This document shows positions 17,465 through 26,700 of a DNA stretch of 64,000 nt, piece after piece. Numbering within the stretch: position 1 is the first letter of the stretch; each line of letters opens with the position of its first letter. Under the pieces are notes generated by a model that did not search any database, had not been told where the DNA came from, and saw only the letters and a program-made list of their open reading frames with translations. The DNA is from Desulfovibrio sp. GTDB lineage: Bacteria; Desulfobacterota; Desulfovibrionia; Desulfovibrionales; Desulfovibrionaceae. Where the stretch lies: NCBI RefSeq assembly GCF_009712225.1, contig NZ_WASP01000019.1:44770-108769 (forward strand), given 5' to 3'. The translations under genes and the position numbers were made by a program.

Positions 17465-18043
17465 ATGCGTAAGATTTTGGCACTTATTCTCGCGATGGGC
17501 CTGGCCACCGGCGGTTGCGCCTGGTTTGGCGGTTCTTCTTCCGAAGAAGTTAAACCCGCTCAGCCCCAGGAACAGACTGCCGCCCCTGAACCGGCTCCGG
17601 CTCCTGAAGCCCCTGCCAAGGACGTAAAAGGCAAGGGCAAGGCCAAGACCAAGGCCGAAAAACCGGCTGAAGTCAAACCCGCTGCCTCTAAAAAGGTTGT
17701 AAAGACCGAGGCTCAGGTCGCCGCCGAGCTTACCATGGTGGGTAACAAGCTTGCCGCCCAGGCCGCACGCACTGTTATGCCTTCCAAGGCATCCAGGGAA
17801 GTGCGCCAGGACAGCAAGGGCTTCGTTGCCAGCTACATTGAAGTGGACGCGTCCAACGTGACCACCGAATTGCGGCCCAGCGCCACCGGTCAGTACGTGG
17901 GCTTTATCCGTTATCAGGAAAAGGTGATGGAATGCCGCGGAAAAACCAAGCAGGAAGCCACCACTACTGCCTCGTGCGAACAGGTTAAGGCTCGTAACCT
18001 TAACGAACTGATCCGTTACGACGGCAGCACCTGGCAGTACTAG
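17465..18043 (+). CDS. Lipoprotein, unknown function
   Basis: GAGGTG RBS 8 nt before the ATG at 17465. Lipobox LATGGC. Pro/Ala/Lys-rich linker followed by a globular C-terminal part. Confidence 0.75.
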   Translation: MRKILALILAMGLATGGCAWFGGSSSEEVKPAQPQEQTAAPEPAPAPEAPAKDVKGKGKAKTKAEKPAEVKPAASKKVVKTEAQVAAELTMVGNKLAAQAARTVMPSKASREVRQDSKGFVASYIEVDASNVTTELRPSATGQYVGFIRYQEKVMECRGKTKQEATTTASCEQVKARNLNELIRYDGSTWQY

Positions 18044-18148
18044 TACGCAAGCAAAAGATGCCGCTCTGGCCGTGCGCTGCGTAAAGCTGCGTTATGCCGG
18101 AGCGGGTGTTCTTTGCCGGGCGACACTGCTTTGGGCGAAGGAATTTTG

Positions 18149-18173
18149 GCGGGGCCTCGGCCCCGCTTTTTTT
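18149..18173 (+). terminator. Rho-independent terminator
   Basis: gcggggcc-tcg-ggccccgc followed by ttttttt. Confidence 0.8.
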
Positions 18174-18207
18174 GGTCTACGCATATGCGTGAAAACGCAA
18201 GATGACA

Positions 18208-18246
18208 GAAGCGGCCAGAACCACAGGTTCTGGCCGCTTCTATTTT
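18208..18246. terminator. 15-bp perfect hairpin, probable second or bidirectional terminator in a convergent intergenic region
   Basis: gaagcggccagaacc-aca-ggttctggccgcttc followed by tatttt. Confidence 0.65.
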
Positions 18247-18450
18247 GAATATACAAATCTGCTGACTCCGCCGTGCCATGCGAGTGGTTTGCACTGGCTG
18301 GCTGTAACGTTAAATTTCAGGCGCAAGCGACTGTATTGCTTGCCAGCCCCGCAGATATTCTGGCGGTTTATGCGTGCTTGACGAAATGAACTTATAGAAT
18401 TTTCAGAAACTATGCCCGGCTGTTTTGTCCAAGTCGTTGACCTCTACTGA

Positions 18451-19020
18451 CTAGCCTTGTCCGCCGTCATTACGCAAAAAATCCTTGGGGAGATGTTCAC
18501 GTATCCAGCGTGCGCACTGCGCGGGATTCTTGCCCTCCGCTGGGCAGCGCAGGTTGGCGTAGTGGGTGTAAAGGGCAAGACGTTCATTAAAAATGTCTTC
18601 AAGCTTTTCACCCGGGTTCATGGCAATGCCGCGTTCCGGATTGCGGGCAATACGCTCCTCAATAAGGCGAAAGGGCACATCAATAAAAACAATGGGGCCC
18701 AGGGTGGCAAGGTGATTCATGGCAGAATCGCGATAAATGACGCTGCCGCCAGTGGCAATGACCGTGCGATGCGCCTTGATGGCGGCAATAACCTTGGCTT
18801 CAGTATCCAGAAAAGCGAATTTGCCAAGGGAATCTGTAATGTCCTGAAGGCGTGCGCCGTACACAGCCTCAATCAGATGGTCGCTGTCAACGAGTGCCCA
18901 GCCAAGTTCCTGGGCCAGTGCGTATCCAACGGTAGACTTACCCGCGCCGGCCATGCCGATAAGAGTAATGCAGGGGGCTGGCGCAGAAGGTGCGGCGGTA
19001 AGTTCCGGCTTGGTAGGCAT
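18451..19020 (-). CDS. aroK: Shikimate kinase
   Basis: Walker A GMAGAGKSTVG, followed by DSD and GGSVIY motifs. AGGAG RBS. Confidence 0.9.
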   Translation of the reverse strand: MPTKPELTAAPSAPAPCITLIGMAGAGKSTVGYALAQELGWALVDSDHLIEAVYGARLQDITDSLGKFAFLDTEAKVIAAIKAHRTVIATGGSVIYRDSAMNHLATLGPIVFIDVPFRLIEERIARNPERGIAMNPGEKLEDIFNERLALYTHYANLRCPAEGKNPAQCARWIREHLPKDFLRNDGGQG

Positions 19021-19247
19021 GCTGGCTCCTGATTGTTGCCTGAAAAAATGACAGATGCACTCGCAAGTGCGCGGCGGCGAATTTGCAACTATCTGATATA
19101 GAGCTGAATGTGCCGAAGCCAGAGCGACCTGTCAATGACCCGCCGCCAGAAGGGTGGTTTCATTGGATGCGCGAATGGCTAACGGCTCGTATCAAGGGCT
19201 AAAGTTTGTGTGGCTTTGTGCCGATAAGCGCAGTAGAGGTGAGTTCC

Positions 19248-19925
19248 ATGTGCAAGTCAGTTGTATTGCCGTTACTTGCGGTGTTGGCGATTTCTGTCTG
19301 TCCGGTTTCGGCGGCCGTGGCCGCTGAAGTTGACCCCCTGCCGCCACAGGTTCCCGCACGCACAGCGTCGGGGGCTACAAATATCAACGATGTGTGGCTG
19401 CACAACGGTGGCGGACGTTTGTACCAGAATACGCTTGTGGCTCCACGGCAGATTGCCCTGGAAGGGGCGCGTTTTGTGGATCCTGCTGCCGTGCCTGAAC
19501 TGTCCCTGACCCCGCCCGCAGACAAAAAGGCCCCCGTGCGGCATACCCGCAAGGCAAAGGTTGCAAAATCCGCTCCCGCTGGCGCCGCATCCAGCACCGA
19601 ACCCGGTACGCCTCCCAAGGGTGTCGGTAAGACATCCCTCAAGGCTCCGGATAAAACCCCCGCCAGCACATCAGCCAAAACTCCTGCCGGTGATGCTGGC
19701 AGTATACCCCCGTTGAGCGCGGCAGGCACAGGTTCTACGTCTGCCGCCAGCGGTGTTGGCGGGGTGGATTCGCCTTATTCCTCTGCCGCCGCATCACCGG
19801 TAGGCGGGGTGGGTGGAAGCGCCACTACGCCCGTAGCCCCAATGCCCGGCTTGGGCAGTAGTAGTGCGCCTGTGTCCGCTGTTTCTGCCGACGATATTTT
19901 GCCGCGCGCCAACGCCAGACCCTGA
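19248..19925 (+). CDS. Secreted Pro/Ala/Ser-rich low-complexity protein
   Basis: ATG at 19248 with signal peptide MCKSVVLPLLAVLAISVCPVSAAVA. The rest is P/A/S/G/T-rich. Confidence 0.6.
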   Translation: MCKSVVLPLLAVLAISVCPVSAAVAAEVDPLPPQVPARTASGATNINDVWLHNGGGRLYQNTLVAPRQIALEGARFVDPAAVPELSLTPPADKKAPVRHTRKAKVAKSAPAGAASSTEPGTPPKGVGKTSLKAPDKTPASTSAKTPAGDAGSIPPLSAAGTGSTSAASGVGGVDSPYSSAAASPVGGVGGSATTPVAPMPGLGSSSAPVSAVSADDILPRANARP

Positions 19926-19977
19926 CCATACATATAGCACTTTTTGTCAGGGCACGGCAAAACCCGCGCCGAATTTT

Positions 19978-20012
19978 GGGCCGCAATGATGGTTGCGGCC
20001 CCAATATTTTTT
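19978..20012 (+). terminator. Rho-independent terminator
   Basis: gggccgcaa-tgatgg-ttgcggccc followed by caatatttttt. Confidence 0.75.
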
Positions 20013-20238
20013 ACCCAGAGGCAACTGTCAGCGGCTGATGCGATTTCAGTCATTCGTCCGTATTTTCGCTGCTCGTCTGTACGCTGTGCCCTTAGGGGTG
20101 AATGCTTCAGGGCTGTTTGCCTGTGATGTGCAGGCTGTCGTCTGCTCGGAAATTTTATTGAGGACAAGGTGTTATTGCCCTTGCGCCCCCGCGCTTACAT
20201 GGGCATGATAGTCGCGCGCTGAATAGGGCAACTGGCGC

Positions 20239-20267
20239 TTGACGGAGCCCGTGCTGGCGTGTATGTA
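20239..20267 (+). promoter_or_regulatory. Sigma70-like promoter candidate for the rpmH operon
   Basis: TTGACG (20239-20244), 17-nt spacer, TATGTA (20262-20267). Confidence 0.45.
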
Positions 20268-20412
20268 GCTTGTTCCATATATTTTAACGCCAGGGCAATG
20301 CCGCTCTCCGCGCTTAAAAGCCGGGGGTAGCCCCAAACCGCTCAGGCCCGGCGTGCCGCATCGATCCGGTGTCGGCCCAAGGCCCTGCCGGAAATTTTTT
20401 AAGGAGTCTGCC

Positions 20413-20547
20413 ATGAAAAGAACATATCAGCCGAGCAAAATCAGAAGGGCCCGCACCCACGGGTTCCGCACCCGCATGGCCACCCCCAGCGGGCGCGCCA
20501 TCATTCGTCGCCGCCGCGCCAAGGGCCGTAAGGTTCTGAGCGCCTAG
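20413..20547 (+). CDS. rpmH: 50S ribosomal protein L34
   Basis: [53 protein letters not shown]. Confidence 0.97.
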   Translation: MKRTYQPSKIRRARTHGFRTRMATPSGRAIIRRRRAKGRKVLSA

Positions 20548-20571
20548 CGGGGCGGGCTTGCCCCGTTCTAC

Positions 20572-20976
20572 ATGGGTATTCCCATGCATCAGAATGGTCT
20601 GCCGCAGCATCTGCGGATACGCCGTAGGGCGGAATTCGTGGCGTGCTATGAGCGGGGCAGGCGTCTGCACACCGAGCATTTTCTTGTATTTGTGCTGTCG
20701 GGCAATTGTCCCGGTCTAGCTGCGCGCACTGGCATGGCTGTTTCCCGCAAGGTTGGCAATGCTGTTGTGCGCAATCGCGTCAAAAGGCTTTTGAGGGAGT
20801 TTTATCGTTTGCACCGCAGCGATCTGCCCACAGAGGCCGACATCGTTACCGTTGCCAAAAAGCATGCCGGAGAGGCTGCGCTGGATTTGGCCAGCGTGGC
20901 CGCCGAGCTTTTGCCGTTGATGCGGCGTTTGGTTCGGCGTGAGCCGGGCCGCCCGGCATTGGATGGGCTGCCATGA
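20572..20976 (+). CDS. rnpA: RNase P protein component
   Basis: Follows rpmH. Motifs LRIRRRAEF and [20 protein letters not shown]. Confidence 0.9.
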   Translation: MGIPMHQNGLPQHLRIRRRAEFVACYERGRRLHTEHFLVFVLSGNCPGLAARTGMAVSRKVGNAVVRNRVKRLLREFYRLHRSDLPTEADIVTVAKKHAGEAALDLASVAAELLPLMRRLVRREPGRPALDGLP

Positions 20977-21236
20977 GTCATTTGCTGCGTAAGCTATGCA
21001 TCTTACCTATACGCGTTTACCAGCTTTGCATCTCGCCAGTGCTTCCCCCCGCCTGTCGGTATTATCCCACCTGTTCCGCCTATGCCGCAGAGGCCATCAT
21101 GACCCACGGCATCTTTCGGGGCGGCTGGCTTGCGCTTAAGCGCCTTGCCCGCTGTCACCCCTGGGGCGGCTCAGGTTACGACCCTGTTCCACCACCAAGG
21201 CGTCCTCGTGACGTCCCGCCACTGTCCCAGGAGTGA
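20973..21236 (+). CDS. yidD: Membrane protein insertion efficiency factor YidD
   Basis: [15 protein letters not shown] motif. ATGA overlap with rnpA. Confidence 0.92.
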   Translation: MSHLLRKLCILPIRVYQLCISPVLPPACRYYPTCSAYAAEAIMTHGIFRGGWLALKRLARCHPWGGSGYDPVPPPRRPRDVPPLSQE

Positions 21237-21244
21237 ACGCCCTC

Positions 21245-22894
21245 ATGCAAGACGGAAAAAATCTGATCATCGCCATCCTTTTGTGCCTCGTCGTTATTGT
21301 GGGCTGGAGTTACCTGTCCGAATACATGGGCTGGGTTCGCAAGCCTGATCCGGCCGTTGTTGCGCAGCAACAGCAGGCGCAGCAGGCCGCCCAACAGCAG
21401 CAGGCGCAGCAGCAGGCCGCTGCCGTAGCCCAGCAGGCTCTGCCTGTGTTTACCCCCGCCCCCGGACGCGACCTCAAGGTCGATTCTCCCCTTTACGAAG
21501 CCGTTTTTCATACCGGCGGCGGAGCTCTGCGCTCTTTCAAGCTCAAGCAGTACCAGACCGGTCTCGCCTCTGATTCTCCTCTGGTCAATCTTGTGGATCC
21601 CCAGACCGCCACTGTTGCCCCGCTTGGCCTTGTGGTTAACAGCCAGCCTTCGTGGAGCACCGGCCAGTGGTCTGTTGAAAGCAACGAAAACGGCCTGAAT
21701 ATTGCTGCCGGCCAGCAGGGTGTGCTGCGTTTTAACGGTGAAGTGGACAACCTGCGTGTTGTGCGCGAAATGACTTTCAGCTCTGATACCTATCTGATCC
21801 GCGAAAAAATCCGCGTGGTTAATACCACCGATCAGGCCCGCAGCGTGCGCGTGAGCTACACCGTTGCCGCCGACGCCAGCAACGCGGCAGGCGGTCGCTA
21901 TGACGCTATGCGCCTTGCCTGGGATAACGACGGAAGCCTTGGCGAAGAATCTTCGGCAAGCACTCTTGAAACCACGGGCGTACAGGTTGCTGGCAAGGTT
22001 TACTGGGCCGGTACCATGAGCACCTATTTTCTGGCGGCGGTGCTGCCGGGCGATACCAGCAATGTGATCGTCAAGGGCCGCATGCAGCAGAACGTGTTTC
22101 GCGCTGCAATTGAAGAGCCCGAAGTGATGCTTGGCCCCGGGCAGGAACGGGAACTGACCGTTTCTTACTGGCTTGGACCCAAGGAACGCGCCAAGCTTGC
22201 CGCTGTTTCCGACCAGCTGGCCAAAAGTATCGACCTTGGCATGTTCCACGTTATCGCCAAGGGTCTGCTGTGGCTGCTCGAATTTTTCCAGAAGTACGTC
22301 AACAACTGGGGCGTTGCCATCATTCTGCTGACGGTCTTCATCAAGGCCCTGTTCTGGCCGCTTACGGCCAAGAGCTACGCCTCCATGGAAAAGATGAAGA
22401 AGCTTCAGCCCCACATGACGGCCATCCGCGAAAAGTACAAGGACGACAAGGAGCTCATGAACAAGGAAGTCATGGCGCTCTACAAGACCTATGGGGTAAA
22501 CCCGGCCAGCGGCTGCGTGCCCATTCTTATCCAGATGCCCGTGTTCTTTGGTCTGTATCAGGCGCTGCTCACCTCTATCGAACTGCGTCACGCTCCTTTC
22601 ATCACTTACGTGCCCGGCACGGATATCCTGTGGCTGGCTGACCTTTCGGCCAAGGATCCTTTCTACATCACGCCCGTTATCATGGGCCTGACCATGTTTA
22701 TCCAGCAGAAGATGAGCCCCCCGGCCTCTGACCCCACACAGCAGAAGATCATGATGTTCCTGCCCCTGATCTTTACCGCCATGTTCCTGAGCTTCCCCTC
22801 TGGTCTGGTGGTGTACTGGCTGGTCAACAACATCCTTTCCATTGCGCAGCAGAGGATGATGGCGAAGAAGTTCTCTACAGTCGCAGCGAAGTAG
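21245..22894 (+). CDS. yidC: Membrane protein insertase YidC
   Basis: Conserved C-terminal core (ILLTVFIKALFWPLT, MQPHM.., GCVPILIQMPVFFGLY). ATG at 21245 lies after AGGAG; the alternative GTG at 21233 overlaps the yidD stop. Poly-Q/A tract near the N-terminus. Confidence 0.92.
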   Translation: MQDGKNLIIAILLCLVVIVGWSYLSEYMGWVRKPDPAVVAQQQQAQQAAQQQQAQQQAAAVAQQALPVFTPAPGRDLKVDSPLYEAVFHTGGGALRSFKLKQYQTGLASDSPLVNLVDPQTATVAPLGLVVNSQPSWSTGQWSVESNENGLNIAAGQQGVLRFNGEVDNLRVVREMTFSSDTYLIREKIRVVNTTDQARSVRVSYTVAADASNAAGGRYDAMRLAWDNDGSLGEESSASTLETTGVQVAGKVYWAGTMSTYFLAAVLPGDTSNVIVKGRMQQNVFRAAIEEPEVMLGPGQERELTVSYWLGPKERAKLAAVSDQLAKSIDLGMFHVIAKGLLWLLEFFQKYVNNWGVAIILLTVFIKALFWPLTAKSYASMEKMKKLQPHMTAIREKYKDDKELMNKEVMALYKTYGVNPASGCVPILIQMPVFFGLYQALLTSIELRHAPFITYVPGTDILWLADLSAKDPFYITPVIMGLTMFIQQKMSPPASDPTQQKIMMFLPLIFTAMFLSFPSGLVVYWLVNNILSIAQQRMMAKKFSTVAAK

Positions 22895-22934
22895 GCCGCC
22901 CCGGCGGGTTCGCAAGACACAGCAAGGGGTTCTT

Positions 22935-24401
22935 ATGGAAGGGTTTAAGGAGTTCCAGGGCAAGGATCTTGATGGCGCCATAGAGGAAGCCTGCGGCTAC
23001 TTCAATACGGCGCGGGAAAAGCTTGAGATCGAAATTGTGCAGGATGCCAAATCCGGCATATTCGGCATCGTGGGGGCGCGCAAGGCCAAGGTGCGCGCCC
23101 GCCGCGTGCAGCTGCGTGAAACTGTAGAGAGCATACTGGGCAGAAAGGGCGGCGATGGAGCTGCTGTCCAGACGGCTAGCCAAACTTCTGCTCAGGCCTC
23201 TGGTCAGGCTGCGGGTGACAATGCCCCGGCCGAAGGCGAACAGCGCAAAAACGGCGGCAGACAAGCCCCCGTGACAGCGGTGTCCGCTCCTGCCGCAGAA
23301 GCCGCCGCAGAGCCTGCTCAGAAGGCAGCCGAAGCTCCTGCAGAAAAGGGTCGAGACGAAAATCGTGACCGTTCGCGGCAGGATTCTCGTGGGGCAGACC
23401 AGCGTGGGCAGGACCAGCGCTCGAATGAAGGCCGTCCGCCGCGCGGGCAGCAGGACGACCGCCGTAACCGTGGCCGCAACCGTAACAAGCCCCCGTCGCT
23501 TGATTCCTATGAAAGCGAAGAGGCTCTGGATGCTGCCTGTAATGGCAATGTGCTGGAAAAACCTGCCGATAAGCCCTTTGATCGTCGCAATGACCGCAAC
23601 GGCAAGCAGGACAGGAACGGCAACAAGCCTTCTGGCCGGAATGGCAGAAACGACCGCCGTGAACGCGCAGGCAGAAATGCCGAGGGCGATGAGGCTGTGG
23701 AATCTGGCAATGTGACTGAAGCCGCGCAGCGCGAACCGCGTGGCCGCCGCAACGATTCCCGTGCTGAAGGCAGAAACAACGGAAACGGCAGGGGTGATGC
23801 CCGTGCCGCCCACCGCGAAGGAACCCGCCCGGAGCGTGCCCCCAAGACTGACGCAGCACTTGATGGTCTTGAAGATGATTTTGAAGCCGCAGGCGAGGGC
23901 CTGCCGGTCACGCCGCTTGAGCAGCTTGATGCCGCCAAGCTTGAAGCCCTGGTCGACGACACCGTGCGCAAGCTCATTCGGCCCATCACGGGCGACGAAG
24001 TGGGCATCGCCGTCAAGATCGGTGGTGGCAGGGTGTATGTGGGCATTGAGTGCGATGAGGATTCCGGCCTGCTGATCGGGCGCGAGGGGCAAACCCTCGC
24101 GGCATTGCAGTACATGATTTCGCGCATTGTTTCGCGCGGCATGAACGCTGCCGTGCGCGTTCAGCTTGATGCGGGTGAATACCGGCGCCGTCAGGACGAA
24201 AAGTTGCGTGAAATGGCGCTGGCCCTGGCAGAGAAAGTTCGCCAGAGCGGGCGTTCGTACTCGACCCGGCCGCTTTCGTCCTACCACAGGCGCATTGTGC
24301 ATGTGTGCCTGCAGGAAGCGGTTGATGTGCAAACCCGCAGCACGGGCGACGGCCCCATGAAGCGCGTGGTCATCATGCGCAAGAAGGGAGAACGCGCCTA
24401 G
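22935..24401 (+). CDS. jag: Jag/KhpB-type RNA-binding protein (Jag_N + KH + R3H) with a very long disordered linker
   Basis: N-terminal FQGKDLDGAIEEACGYF.. (Jag_N). C-terminal KH-like (LIGREGQTLAALQYM) and R3H-like (SYHRRIVHVCLQ) motifs. Canonical position after yidC. Confidence 0.85.
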   Translation: MEGFKEFQGKDLDGAIEEACGYFNTAREKLEIEIVQDAKSGIFGIVGARKAKVRARRVQLRETVESILGRKGGDGAAVQTASQTSAQASGQAAGDNAPAEGEQRKNGGRQAPVTAVSAPAAEAAAEPAQKAAEAPAEKGRDENRDRSRQDSRGADQRGQDQRSNEGRPPRGQQDDRRNRGRNRNKPPSLDSYESEEALDAACNGNVLEKPADKPFDRRNDRNGKQDRNGNKPSGRNGRNDRRERAGRNAEGDEAVESGNVTEAAQREPRGRRNDSRAEGRNNGNGRGDARAAHREGTRPERAPKTDAALDGLEDDFEAAGEGLPVTPLEQLDAAKLEALVDDTVRKLIRPITGDEVGIAVKIGGGRVYVGIECDEDSGLLIGREGQTLAALQYMISRIVSRGMNAAVRVQLDAGEYRRRQDEKLREMALALAEKVRQSGRSYSTRPLSSYHRRIVHVCLQEAVDVQTRSTGDGPMKRVVIMRKKGERA

Positions 24402-24473
24402 CGTTCAGCCGCACGGCACATGCGCGTTTACGCGTCATCGCAAGCGGGCTGCACGGCCTTGAGAGCTTGTTAC

Positions 24474-24522
24474 GTTGCCGGAGAAAAGGCCCATCTGGGG
24501 CATATCTCCGGCAACGCTTTTT
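24474..24522 (+). terminator. Rho-independent terminator after jag
   Basis: 11-bp stem gttgccggaga/tctccggcaac followed by gcttttt. Confidence 0.7.
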
Positions 24523-24612
24523 ACGGGCGCTGGTTGACGAAAATTCGCCCGGCGACCAGCGCACACCGCAAACCGGGCCAATCAGAATTCAGGGTAAAAA
24601 GCAGGGAAAGTA

Positions 24613-26037
24613 ATGGAAACAGCAATGCAGCCAGAGCGCAACGACACCATCGCTGCCATCGCAACGCCGCCGGGTTCTGGGGGCATTGGCATTGTACGTA
24701 TTTCCGGGCCGCGCGCCAAAGAGGTACTGGCCCGCATGTTCCTGCCCATGTCGGCTCTGGTGGAAAATTTTACGCCCTGGCATCTGCACCGGGGGCGGGT
24801 TATCGACTGGAACGGCGAGGCTCTTGATGATGCGCTGGCCGTGTTCATGCCCGGGCCGCGCACCTTTACCGGTGAGGATGTGGCTGAAATTCACAGTCAT
24901 GGCGGCGCGTATCTGGTCCAGGCTGTGCTTGAGAGCGCCATTCGCTACGGGGCGCGTCAGGCAGAACGTGGTGAATTCTCGCGTCGTGCCTTTGTGAATG
25001 GCCGCATGGATCTCAGCCAGGCCGAAGCCGTGGCCGAGCTCATTGCCGCTCCCTCCCGCGAGGCTCTGCGCTATGGTTTCAACCGGCTGGACGGGCTGCT
25101 TGGACAGCGAACCCTTGAGCTGCGGGACGAGCTTGAAATACTGCGTGCGCAGATGTGCCTTGCCGTGGACTTTCCCGATGAGGAAGTGGAAGGCATGGAG
25201 CCCGCGGCGCTGTGCGAGGTGCTGGACAGCGTCATGCTGGCCGTGCGCCGCCTGCTGGCGGGCAGCCGTCGCGCGCAGATTGCGCAGCAGGGCGCGCAAG
25301 TGGTGCTGGCCGGGGCCGTCAATGCGGGCAAATCAAGTCTGCTCAACGCCCTGCTGGGGCGCGAACGTGCGCTTGTGACCGACATTCCCGGTACGACCAG
25401 AGATTTTCTGGAAGAAACCTGCCTGCTCGACGGACTGCCCGTGCGCCTTACCGATACTGCGGGACTGCGCGATGCGGAGGAAACCGTCGAGCAGTTGGGC
25501 GTAACCCGCAGCCGCGAAAAACTTTCTCACGCCGATCTTGTGGTTCTGGTGCTTGATGGAGCCAGGCTGGGCGATGAGGGCGCGGCCGCTGATGCGTGTC
25601 CCGACCCCGCCGCCTGCGAGGTTCTGGAAGCGGTTGGCGATACCCCTCTGCTTGTGGTATGGAACAAATGCGACATTTGCATGCCAAAAGTTTTTCCTCC
25701 ACGGTGGATTGGCTCCAGAACATGTTGCGCTGTAAGCGCACTTTCCGATACATATGTCGAGGAGCTTGCCGCGACATTGCGTGCAGTGTTGCTTGGGGGC
25801 AGCGCTGAAGCCGCGCCGGAAGACGGCCTTGCGCCCAACGCGCGCCAGTCGCTGGTGCTCGAGAACGCCTTGAGAGAGCTTGAAGGGCTGCGTGCGGATG
25901 TGGTCGCTGGGCAGCCTTATGATTGTTGTGCGGTCAGGCTTGATTTGGCCGCCTCGTATCTGGGGGAAGTTACCGGGCTTTCAAGCCCGGCTGAAGTGCT
26001 GAACAGCATATTTGCCCAATTCTGCATTGGTAAGTAA
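24613..26037 (+). CDS. mnmE: tRNA modification GTPase MnmE (TrmE)
   Basis: IAAIATPPGSGGIGIVRISG N-terminus, G-domain GAVNAGKSSL and DTAG, C-terminal CIGK tetrapeptide. Confidence 0.95.
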   Translation: METAMQPERNDTIAAIATPPGSGGIGIVRISGPRAKEVLARMFLPMSALVENFTPWHLHRGRVIDWNGEALDDALAVFMPGPRTFTGEDVAEIHSHGGAYLVQAVLESAIRYGARQAERGEFSRRAFVNGRMDLSQAEAVAELIAAPSREALRYGFNRLDGLLGQRTLELRDELEILRAQMCLAVDFPDEEVEGMEPAALCEVLDSVMLAVRRLLAGSRRAQIAQQGAQVVLAGAVNAGKSSLLNALLGRERALVTDIPGTTRDFLEETCLLDGLPVRLTDTAGLRDAEETVEQLGVTRSREKLSHADLVVLVLDGARLGDEGAAADACPDPAACEVLEAVGDTPLLVVWNKCDICMPKVFPPRWIGSRTCCAVSALSDTYVEELAATLRAVLLGGSAEAAPEDGLAPNARQSLVLENALRELEGLRADVVAGQPYDCCAVRLDLAASYLGEVTGLSSPAEVLNSIFAQFCIGK

Positions 26038-26040
26038 CCT

Positions 26041-26700
26041 ATGGATATGGACGTCTTGCGCCGTCGGCTGAGTTGCGAAGAAATCAACGCCATGCCCCTT
26101 TGTCATTACGAAGGGCAGGTACAGGTTATTCGCTCTCTGGACGACTGGAAAAATGCGTTGCCTGATCTGCGCTCTGCCGATCTGCTTGGTTTTGATACGG
26201 AAACGCGGCCTTCTTTCCGCAAGGGGCGGCGCAATTCTCCGGCTCTTATCCAGCTGGCCACAGCCAATGCCGTGTACCTGGTGCAGCTGGCATTTCTGCC
26301 GTTTGGCCCGCACATTGTCGAGATTCTGGCCAATCCCGATCAGGTCAAGGCCGGTGTGGGTATTCGCGACGATATGCGCGACCTTGCCAAGGTGTATGAT
26401 TTTGAACCTGCCGGGCTGGTTGATCTTGGCGGTGTTGCGCGCGCGCACAAGCTGCCCAGCCAGGGGCTGCGCACCCTTGCCGCAAACTTTTTTGGCTGGC
26501 GTATTTCCAAGGGTTCGCAGTGCTCCAACTGGAGCCTCATGGAACTGACCCCTCGCCAGATTGCCTATGCCGCCACGGATGCCTGGATAGGCCGACTGAT
26601 CTTTTTACGTATGTGCGAGATGGGGCTTATTCCCTCCTGTCGCAACCTTTGCGAAACCCTGCCCGAAGGCGACTTTCTGGCCGCAGGGAGCCCGGTGTGA
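26041..26700 (+). CDS. DEDDy-type 3-prime-5-prime exonuclease domain protein (RNase D / WRN-exo-like)
   Basis: ExoI motif GFDTETRP and ExoIII motif YAATDAW. Starts 3 nt after the mnmE stop. Confidence 0.85.
   Translation: MDMDVLRRRLSCEEINAMPLCHYEGQVQVIRSLDDWKNALPDLRSADLLGFDTETRPSFRKGRRNSPALIQLATANAVYLVQLAFLPFGPHIVEILANPDQVKAGVGIRDDMRDLAKVYDFEPAGLVDLGGVARAHKLPSQGLRTLAANFFGWRISKGSQCSNWSLMELTPRQIAYAATDAWIGRLIFLRMCEMGLIPSCRNLCETLPEGDFLAAGSPV

Noticed and set aside
19926-20412. Possible replication origin next to rpmH-rnpA-yidC-jag-mnmE
   Set aside because: There is no dnaA or dnaN gene and no cluster of DnaA boxes or AT-rich unwinding element in the rpmH upstream region. The only perfect TGTGGATAA I noticed (50054-50062) is a single site inside a coding region.
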